Shown: positions 13,056 through 22,357 of the stretch, piece after piece
Layout of the letters: the number at the start of each line of letters is the position of its first letter
Position numbering within the stretch: position 1 is the first letter of the stretch
Source of the DNA: Babesia bigemina
Lineage: Eukaryota
Direction of reading: 5' to 3'
Assembly (NCBI RefSeq): GCF_000981445.1
Contig: NC_027216.1
Span: 1,984,001-2,048,000, forward strand
Length of the DNA stretch: 64,000 nucleotides
The notes under the pieces: model-generated
What the model was told of the DNA's origin: nothing
What the model saw: only the letters and a program-made list of their open reading frames with translations
Database searches by the model: none
Program-made: the position numbers and the translations under genes

Positions 13056-13147
13056 TGACAATAACTTAATTGGAAACTGACATCTAATGTGCTAGACAGA
13101 GTAATGATTGCGGTGATGACCAATCAGAGGAGCAGTGAGGTGACCAT

Positions 13148-13820
13148 ATACCCCCTCCCACCACCATCAGGGCCATGCTCTTCTGGCTGGTCGGTTTCAA
13201 TACGTACGGACTTATTGCTAAGATAGAGGGACACATCGAAGGCCTGTTGATGGAAATTAACTTTGATGGCAACCACCCTATGTATGCCCTCCAGGTCAAC
13301 GGGGATCTATCCTCCCTGCCCGCATCTCATCGCCGACACCCTTACTGAGACATCTCTCTACGCGGCAAGCGTTATCTACAAATTGCGGCATATTAATTCT
13401 AAAGATGCCTTCTCCAATTTCAACTTCAAATATGAATACCGTAAGCTTCATTACTCCCCCGACCCCGCCGGGCTCCTCTGCCAGCTGCGTGACTACACCT
13501 ACGCCTGCCACCACCAGTTGGCGTTCCTCAAGTCGCAGTGTAATCGGGACAAACTAAGCGGTGGGTGGAAGCATCATCACTATGGCAGTGACATCACTGC
13601 TTCCAATTCCCCCCTCCAGGCGTTCCTGACAGACGGCTGGGATTCCGACTTCGAGACGCACCTCTTCGACCCTTGCAACCTGTGCCTCAAGAGCAGGACC
13701 AGAATGGGATTTACGAGAGGGGATTTGCCTAGAATATCGCAACAGGGCAGTGTCATTTCATCAATCCTCACTCCAAGCTGCGGCGGTGAAAATGATTATT
13801 CGCTACGCGCCAAAAAATAG
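13148..13820 (+). pseudogene. Frameshifted VESA1-like C-terminal fragment
   Basis: PPTTIRAMLFWLVG... shifts frame near 13327 into IADTLTE...LLCQLRDYTYACHHQL...SPLQAFLTD...HLFDPCN...LTPSCGGE. It is homologous to the end of 35536-40308. Confidence 0.8.
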
Positions 13821-14075
13821 TAATTATCGCTATAAGCGGTAATATAATACCCTATGCTACAGTGTTGATTAAATGTATTAGCACATGGTCCTACGTGTCA
13901 TGGTGTACAGGAAAATTACGAAGCAGCAATAATCGCATCGCAAGACCACTGGTTTTAAAACAGGCTTTATGTAAGTACATGTTAAACAAATGTGTCAGCT
14001 ATTGGAAGTCATCACATTGATATCAGAGGTTACCTGGCTACAAGAAGGCTACGTGGACTGGGTGAGGATATGAAA

Positions 14076-14246
14076 TTAGTGGAGTGACGGCTTGGAATCA
14101 CGGAACCCGTCCCGTATTTGGCCGAATATGGTACCAAGGCTCACATCATATTGTCTACCCATGATGTAAAGGACCAATACGGGGAGGGCGATTAGTAGAA
14201 TGGCGCAAACCACGCCGACGTAAAGCTCTGGTTTTTCCCAAGTCAT
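14076..14246 (-). CDS. 56-aa single-TM microprotein lacking the Cys-rich domain (tail KPSLH)
   Basis: GAAG-ATG after the family 5' intron motif. MTWEKPELYVGVVCAILLIALPVLVLYIMGRQYDVSLGTIFGQIRDGFRDSKPSLH*. A same-length paralog lies at 40575-40745. Confidence 0.7.
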   Translation of the reverse strand: MTWEKPELYVGVVCAILLIALPVLVLYIMGRQYDVSLGTIFGQIRDGFRDSKPSLH

Positions 14247-14875
14247 CTTCGCCAAGGCGCACTTGACAATAAACCCTACACAGCAATGAACAACGTACCT
14301 CAATACTTTACCACTTTCAGCAACCGACGATACACAATGCCCATACCATGCCATCCACCTAGTGCTTGGGCAACTGTAAATCGAGACCTCACAACGCTGA
14401 CATACCATGACAATACCCTCTCGCATGCATCAATCAGACATTCAGATTGTGATGTAACGACGCTGCAACTGACAATGTAGTATCCACGAGAAGCGCCAGG
14501 CCTGCCGAACATCTGCTTTGTTTTACCATGGTTACTCTGATATCTGACCAGCTGACCCAAATTGCGTGCTTGATGTTTCTCATCGCCACAAGGCTGCCAC
14601 TGATCAAACCAGTATACAGCACATCTCACTCACATGCCACCTGGTCACCTAACAGATGTCCCATCACGTCACGTGGTGCATTACTCATCGGGTGACGGCA
14701 CGTATTACCACCAAATCAGTTCCACTGTTCTCTTGAGATGAGGTGACCAACCCTAACAAATCAATTAGCACAACGCCATCTCAGCGAATGCCCCTTACCT
14801 GATAACTTGCTGCTTAGGTGAAACTATACTAGCGTAGAGGGGTACGCGGTGCGTGAGGCGCAGGTTTGGCATTCG

Positions 14876-15004
14876 TTATAGAACAGACCCTCTTGCAAGC
14901 ACCAGCCTCTGTGTGTCTTTAAGACGCATAAGCCACAATACGTCAAGCAATATGAAAATCATGACGAGGAAGATGAGGACGACAGCGGCGGTGGCGGAGT
15001 AGGG
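14876..15004 (-). pseudogene. Orphan TM+tail module downstream of the splice cassette
   Basis: Translates PYSATAAVVLIFLVMIFILLDVLWLMRLKDTQRLVLARGSVL*, similar to the AAVIVAIIVAIILLDL TM. Confidence 0.55.
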
Positions 15005-15104
15005 AGGGGGATGTAACCACCTCACTGCTCATGTGATTGGTCATCAACGCAATCTTTACTCTGTCTGGAACATTAGATGTCAGTTGCCAGTTGGGTTATA
15101 GTAA

Positions 15105-15581
15105 TCAGCCGCGCAATAGGTACCGCACCCGGTGGAACGGCCGGACGCGGAAGTAGCTCATGACACAGATGACCAGGACGATGAGGGCGACGGGGGCGAT
15201 GATGACGGGAATGATGACAGAAGGGTAGGCGGTGGAAAGATCATCACCCTTGGAATCGGGGTTACTAGATCGAGCGGCGACGCTGGGGAGAGGTCGTGCC
15301 TTGCTGGAATGGAGACTGCAGTCAGCAGAGAGCGTCTCTGGATTTTTGCCTCTACAACATGGACATTTACATTGACATTTGGGGTTGGTACACTGCTTAC
15401 ATTGGTCTTCACATATCGAAGGATCGCAAGTGTAATCTGACCCGACACCGGTGCGCTCGATGTTGTACGCCATACATGTACTGCACTTTCTACCACTACA
15501 TCTGTCACAACACCAGGGACAACATCTACAGTCCCCCCAAAAGTGACAACTAGCATCACAATAACACTGAAGTCCACTCAT
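15105..15581 (-). CDS. Cys-rich single-TM protein (tail type YLLRG)
   Basis: CYC...CRCCPWCCDRC...CSTCMAY...CQCKCPCC pattern shared with the 12231 and 34431 members; TM VIIPVIIAPVALIVLVICVMSYF. Confidence 0.85.
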   Translation of the reverse strand: MSGLQCYCDASCHFWGDCRCCPWCCDRCSGRKCSTCMAYNIERTGVGSDYTCDPSICEDQCKQCTNPKCQCKCPCCRGKNPETLSADCSLHSSKARPLPSVAARSSNPDSKGDDLSTAYPSVIIPVIIAPVALIVLVICVMSYFRVRPFHRVRYLLRG

Positions 15582-16269
15582 CTTCCCCTCTCTCCCTTCC
15601 CATCAACCTGTACAAGCATGAACCGCGTACCTCAGCCTCGAACACCGGCGGTCTCCTATCGGTTTCACCACCAACAGGGTGACCACCATCTAAAGCACCG
15701 CCAGTCACATGGCAACAATGCATATATCGCAACATCACCTTGTTTTAGTCAAAGCATCTTGATGGTATCCTATTAGTGGCATGCAGGTCAATCTGCACCA
15801 GTTGCGCAGTCACTTCCGTCCATCACAGACCGTACAACTGTGCCACCACTTCTAAATGTCATCGCATTTGTGTTCTACTAACTGACTGAATGAAGATAGG
15901 CTTGTTTTATAGCATTAGTAATTACCACCATGTTGGCCACAAACACCACTGAACTGCTCCACCCACTGTCCATCACGTCGGATTGTCCAACATCAGTACC
16001 ATCTCGCCCGACAGTACGTAAGACTTCGTAACGGCGCAAATATAATAACCGTCTTACACAATTAACTTACCTAACAGGTAGCACACTAGCTCACATGGCA
16101 CAGCATTCGTCAGAGGCCGACCTGGATAGCAGGCCGCCAAGCTTCGCAATGGACCAGCACCTTGTTAGCTTCCTGTGATTCATACACACGTGAATCCGGA
16201 ACATTTCCTTATCCTATTATGTATGATGAATATGAGTTCTCAACGTACTTCTTTGTTTGGCATCTAAGT

Positions 16270-18790
16270 GCCTTAGTGAAGTGAATGATGGCTTCGGCTG
16301 GGTGAGGTGTGGACTGCGCCAAACCATTGCCGTAGGTTTCGAAGAAGATCATGATTACAGGCCATATCCTTCATATTAGAGATAGAGTATACCATTACCA
16401 GTGTATTTATGCCGCATTTCATCAACTACCCCAATGGTTCCGTACCATGTGTGTTGGGCACCGTGGTGGGTGTCAACCACTCATCAATTCTCATCGACTA
16501 GTTCAACAACTGGATCAACCATCAGTTTAAGTGGCGCAATGTATCACCTAATAATGGTGCAGATAGCTGGGGATGCTACCGCATATTGTCCCTGTTACGT
16601 CACGTTCTTCATTGCTGCAACGGTCAACCCGGTGTCATTACGGAGTTATATTCTCCACGACCTATTAGGTATCATATATTGGGGCTCGAAATACACAACC
16701 AGAGCATATCAAACGCAAGCAATGTCATGTTCCTATTTGTCATATGCCTTTGGACTCGGCCCAGTTGAACATGCCTAGGTAGCCTCGGGTGGATGAATAC
16801 GTTGGCAAGTTTAGAGGCAATATAGAATACAACGCGAATCTAGAACGCAAATATAATTTTTCTATATTGGTTAAAAGCACGAGTCTCCGTATAGGCCCAC
16901 AAAGGAGTGCATATATAGCCCTAGTATGGAAAGAGAGTGAATAAGCGAGACAACGGGACCGCTCCAATATCAAGACAAGAGAACGACCCACGCAATTCCC
17001 CGGGATAAGAGGCTCCACACGATGTGCCATCTAAAGTGATACGTGCAACAGGTGGACGCTTTAATGGAGGATAAATCCAGCCGCGGCTTGACGTGGCGAC
17101 GACAAGCTATGGTTTTGGGGACAGGCGTACTAGTAGCACGAAAGCGGGAACTAGCGTTACCCGATCACGATGCAGACTGAGACTCTAGCAGAGTATGCCA
17201 GATGCACCGACTAGGACCATGCCGTTGTCCGGTGGAGCGAGGGTGGCGCCGGCGCAAGCTGGGGAGGAGAACGTCATGCCGTTTACCCCTCAACACTTAG
17301 AAGCCGCCCCTTTCCCCGGAAGAAATGGAAGCAGCTGAACGGATTGACGCAGAGCCGGTATGCATCGTTGACCGAAGTAGGCCATATACGTGATGATATT
17401 GGGATTTATCATAATTTGCTAAGGTGACATGAATTCTTAAGTGTTCCGGCATGGAGTGGAGAATAAGTTGAAGTAGCACTGCGTATTGGTGCTGATAATC
17501 GAAATTACACAGCATTGCAAGTACGTTGCAGATGAATTACTCGTAGTTTATACGTCTACAGGGGAGACGCCGGTATTGTCGAGATGGACGTCTCACTTGA
17601 TTGTTGACATGCGCTTCGCCACATGCGGTGGGATTGGATATTCATGTAGTAGCAGCGTTGGTACATCTGGATTCATGGTTGCCCCATTACAGTGAGGCTT
17701 ATGTGCTAGGTGGTATGGTTATAGACATTGTTTATTAATACTTCGAGAGTGTTCATTTCTTGGGGTACGTTCGTCGTTGCTGTGCAGGGGTAACTTTTAT
17801 GTTTAGAAAACATGACGGGATGTAAATGTATGAGCGACCAAATTGCATGCAACAAAGGGTGCAATACGTGCAAAAAATGGTTCTGTGGATGTGAGTGCTG
17901 TTCGAACGCCACATGGATTTGCCTTGGCGTCGCTGTTGCGGGCGCAATCGGCTTTTTCGGCCTCTTTATTTTGGTGCTTTATATCTGCTCTAAAGTCTAT
18001 AAGATGAGCTTTGGTACAGTCATCGACCAAATAGACTACGCCCTCACTGGTTACAAGCCCGCAGCGTCGAAGTGTAACCTTCAATAATCTGACGGTCTCA
18101 CAGAGCCCACATAGCCTTACTGTAGCCATGTGACATCCGATGTAAATATTGGTGGTTTATATTACGAAGTCAGTTGCGAAAACAGTGCCTAGCGCCCACA
18201 CAGTAATGCAGCACAGGTTATAAACATTAAAGGTCAGTGATGGTGTTGCTACGCCAGGGTAACCCCATAGTGCACGGATGTTGGGTCCCCTCAGCCAAAT
18301 AGGCGTTTCACGTCTTGGATCAAGACTCATTTGTTAATACCAACTAATGCATTTGAGTAGAGCTGTATCACAATGGGGCAGCGAGGGTATTATACGTTGA
18401 GCAGTAGAGCGATGCAAAAATGTCGTATCTCAGTGGACCGACTGAGTAAGACAGCACCTAGCATTAACGAACTATCCGGAGTCCGGTAATCCAACGTATA
18501 ATGCGCAACGCATAACATCATCCACATTCAACTGGATGTTAGAGCAACAAACCCATACGTTGCGATGAGGGACTTGAAACCGAGAGAAGACTACGACTCC
18601 GTAGAAGACCCTCAAGCCCAAACTGGATGTATGCCCGCATGGATGGCACCAGTGACGATCGGCAACGGAGCGACGTGGATCCCGCAACAGGTATCAGCGT
18701 GAGGCGGTAGCCCCGCAAAATCGAAAACCGACCCTAGGCACGTAGTCACGTATAGCACTGTAAGATGAGAGAACACAATAATAATAGCCT
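16270..18790 (+). repeat. Inverted segmental duplication, partner ~30040-32230
   Basis: Several collinear reverse-complement matches: 48-nt identity 17594-17641 vs ~31168-31215; the block 18105-18710 vs ~30105-30710; 16280-16340 vs ~32145-32210. Confidence 0.85.
17812..18087 (+). CDS. Short Cys-rich single-TM protein
   Basis: MTGCKC...CNTCKKWFCGCECC followed by a TM and a VLYICSKVYK tail; paralog of 30730-30990. Confidence 0.8.
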   Translation: MTGCKCMSDQIACNKGCNTCKKWFCGCECCSNATWICLGVAVAGAIGFFGLFILVLYICSKVYKMSFGTVIDQIDYALTGYKPAASKCNLQ

Positions 18791-18984
18791 GAACTATACA
18801 CGCCGCTAGTGGATATTGATGGTATACTAAAGTTCCGAGATCTGAATTGACAGTTACCCCAGCATACGATCTATGGTATGTTACGTATATGCGTAGTGCC
18901 ATTCTGTCTTCAGTTCACCAAGAGTGTTAGATGCATATAGTGCGTTAATAGCTTGCAGGGTTGTTTGTAGAGTGATAGAGGAAA

Positions 18985-19224
18985 ATGGTTGAGTGTAATT
19001 GTGGTACCGGAGGGTGGTGTAATCAACCAAATTGTAAATGTACGACGGAACGTGGGAAATGCAGGTGCAATTGCTGTTGGAAACGAATGGGTCTTTGGGT
19101 TGTAGTCGGCTGTACCTGCATTTTCTTTTTCCTCCTCACATTGTACTACTTAGGCCTTATAGAATGGTATACAAAAGCTATATCTAATCTGTTCCAAAAG
19201 TTGTCCAAGCCTTCACTCCACTAA
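18985..19224 (+). CDS. Short Cys-rich single-TM protein (tail KPSLH)
   Basis: MVECNC...CRCNCCW, TM, tail ...SKPSLH*; family-type GCAG..GAAAATG leader. Confidence 0.8.
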   Translation: MVECNCGTGGWCNQPNCKCTTERGKCRCNCCWKRMGLWVVVGCTCIFFFLLTLYYLGLIEWYTKAISNLFQKLSKPSLH

Positions 19225-20199
19225 AACCTTCTAGTCTCCACCCAGTCCTCATAGCGTTACCGTACTAGATGAGCAATTTAATGTGAATATTGAAGTATCC
19301 TGTTAGCCGTGAACATAACCTAAACCATACGTATCTCATTATCAAGCAGATGCTAACCCAGCAGGCAGTAATGCAGAGGTTTGAACTCTTGTGTTGAGCG
19401 TGAATTGAATATATAGATAACTGTGTGAATAGCGATTATAGTCCGTGTGATATCAAATAATAATGAGGTGAATACCTAGAAGAAGGACTAGAACAGTAGC
19501 GCGTCTCACCAATGCACATGCCAATGTCAAATTAGACATAAGTACTTGATTGCGTGAGTTGAACGTTTAGGCAAATCAGCTGTTTGCGTACAGTGACACG
19601 TGCACGTGTTTTAAAACCAAAGGAATTGGTTGAGCTGCAGCGAAGAAACGGAAGGCTGAATGTGTTCAAGTGTCCAAAATTATGTGTACGACCATTGCGT
19701 CATTTAGTATTCCCAAATAGCTACATGATTCCGCCAAATACTATTTCAAGGGTATGTGCAGTTTGTAGACCGCTGCAAATCAAGCGGGGCTCAAACACAT
19801 TGCAGCAGGAAAGTCACATCGTCCTTCCAGTGGATGACACACAATCTTCATAATCATGTGGAATAATAAGCAATGCAATATAAACACGAAACGCTTCCAC
19901 TTGCCATTTGCTGCAACTTTAAAATTCCAGTCGCGGCACACGTACACAGGCGTCATTCGGGCTATTGTGAGGTTGAACCGGCGTGGGTTAACGACTTGCG
20001 ACATAAGTCGTTAAGTGGCATTGTATAACGACTAAAGTAATATTGCATTTTTAATGGGCTTGTCTTGTTGCGGTACAATTTTTACGTCACTAGCATGATG
20101 CGTCTAGGCCGCTCGTTGAGCGGCGGCCATATGGCGTAGAAAAGGCTGGCCGCCACGCAAACAACTGAAGTGGTTTTACGCAATTGCCGGTGATGTGAA

Positions 20200-20715
20200 A
20201 TGTCGCGCTCAACGAACTCGCTAATCGCCGAGCAGTGTTACCTGATCAATCGTGACACACCGCGACCGCAAAATCAAAAGCGCAGAATCCACAACATTCT
20301 TTCAAACCAAATTTCGTCGCTTAACAACAGCGATAGTCTTGTTTTGAATGAGCAGGCGTCGGAGCAGCCGCCGAGTGAGGAGACTAGCTACGCACGCGCC
20401 GAAGGTGCCAGGCGACCTGCTACGCGGCCACAAAAGAGACCGTCGGCTGCACAGAACAAGTCAAGCAATAACAGCTTCATCCAGCTTCTCACAGGGGATG
20501 CCGTTAGCGACGCGGCAACTGCCATGAGCGCGCAGTCAAGGTCGGTATTTCAGATGTGTAGGCATATCTGCTGCAGACTACGTCAACAAATCGCACAAAC
20601 ACATGTTATGAAATGTCTAGGAGGATTTAAGTACCTGGAAGGAAACGCCTTCGACAACTTCGTCGTTGCTACGCTGCCGCGGTTCGACGCACAAAATAAC
20701 TTCAAAAGCACCTAG
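20200..20715 (+). CDS. Hypothetical protein (possibly one intron)
   Basis: 171-aa ATG ORF upstream of RPC34; no family recognised. Confidence 0.35.
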   Translation: MSRSTNSLIAEQCYLINRDTPRPQNQKRRIHNILSNQISSLNNSDSLVLNEQASEQPPSEETSYARAEGARRPATRPQKRPSAAQNKSSNNSFIQLLTGDAVSDAATAMSAQSRSVFQMCRHICCRLRQQIAQTHVMKCLGGFKYLEGNAFDNFVVATLPRFDAQNNFKST

Positions 20716-20890
20716 TATCACTAAAGTAAAAGCACAGAAGGCATATGGCTGTCGAATAGTATGCCTGTGGCAGATTAGTAGTTGTTTCGCAGCCGCTCTC
20801 CTAGGGGTGTGACGTCTGCCTTTGTGAGCTGCGCCGGCAGTGGCGACTCTGGCCAACAAAATTAAAATGGAATTTTAACGTATCAGAAGC

Positions 20891-22195
20891 ATGGCATTAT
20901 CACGGGAGGAGGCGGAGCTTGTCTACAAGTTGTGTGTGGAAAACGACGGAATCTTTACGGAAGAAATCTTCGGACGACACATCGCAAAATTTAGACACTC
21001 AATACAGCACGGTCTTGTGTCGAACTCTGTCGACTTTCTTAACTTTCTCAAACTGCTGAAGGGTTCCAGGCAGTACAGCTTCCACCACGACGATGATGGA
21101 AAGAAGTACGTCAGGCTGAGGGACAAGGAGTCACGCGAACAAGTGGCACGCCTGCAGGATGTGGAATACGCGGTCTTCTGCACCATAGAAACCGCAGGGA
21201 ACAGGGGCATATGGACGGCAGACATCAAAAAGCTATGCGAAATCACGGTAAGGGTAGATGCAGCATGCCATCAACGGGCGCAGGGTAACCAACTCACCAG
21301 GACGCTAAAGGTTTTGGTTGAGCAGCATGGGCTTGTCAAGCAGGTCACAAACGTGCACCAAAAGAGCAGGAAGCTGTACATGCTCTTCAATATTAAACCC
21401 GCTAGAGAGGTAAGTGCAGTAGTGCCTATTGCCAATAATCGCAGCTAACCGGGGGTTCCTTCTATCTCAACGGGGAATTCAACGAAATGCTAGTAGAGGT
21501 GGGTACATCTGACGACGTCGTGTGTATATGCGTGTCTTTGTTTTGAGTTAGCAGCACGGATTTCGCTTTGGCTGCTGGAAGCGCACCGTGATTCAATTGC
21601 TACGGGTGCACCAACGGAGCCAAACGCGAAAATTGGTTAAAACCCTTTAGTTGTTGGCGCAAAATGCCACCGATGTTCCACGGTAGCTTGCGCTCTAGAA
21701 TGCCAAGACTTTTATTGAACGGTGTCGTCAAGACGAGGTTTCATCAGCGTGCAGCACATCCAAGAACAAGTTGGATCCTTTCTCGCAAAATTCCAGGGGT
21801 CTTCCCTCACTCAAATCACCAACTTCCTAAAAACGTTGGAAAACATCAGCGGGGTAATAACGAAGCGAGTTGTCGTATATTGCATGTACAGGAAGTTCGA
21901 GAGGAGGATGTTCTCTCAATCATACAAATCCTGATGCTGGAGGACAAGGTCTACAGCGCTCCAACTGCACTCGGTGACACCATATACATTGTAAGTTATA
22001 ATATTCCGATCACTTTAGCGCAATTTATAACACTAACGCTGTCTGCAGTGGTCTGGAAGCGCTACCCCCAGCTTCGCCCAAAAAGCTTTCGGCACGCCGT
22101 GCTTCAGGTGTGAGCAAGTGGAGGCATGTCAAATAGACAAGTACCACGATTTGTGCCCGTCTAAGTGCACCTATCTCAAGCAGTGGCTGAGCTAG
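20891..22195 (+). CDS. RPC34: RNA polymerase III subunit RPC34/RPC6 (multi-exon)
   Basis: AGNRGIWTADIK..., VKQVTNVHQKSRKLYML..IKP.RE|LTGGSFY..GEF, and the C-terminal Cys cluster PCFRCEQVEAC....LCPSKCTYLKQWL*. Confidence 0.9.
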
Positions 22196-22357
22196 CACGG
22201 CCCGCAGGCGCACTACAGTATTGCCGCGGTCCAACCAAGCATGTGCCCCCAAAGAGGGGCCTCAGCTAACGGCCACCCATATACATCGTATAATCATCGG
22301 AAACATAGTTTACATTGCAAAAGTGTTGCACTCCATATGACATCCTGGGGCTGAATC

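Noticed and set aside
12869..13145. Cassette repeats as a CRISPR-like array
   Set aside because: Eukaryotic context, only two adjacent copies, long irregular spacing, no cas genes.
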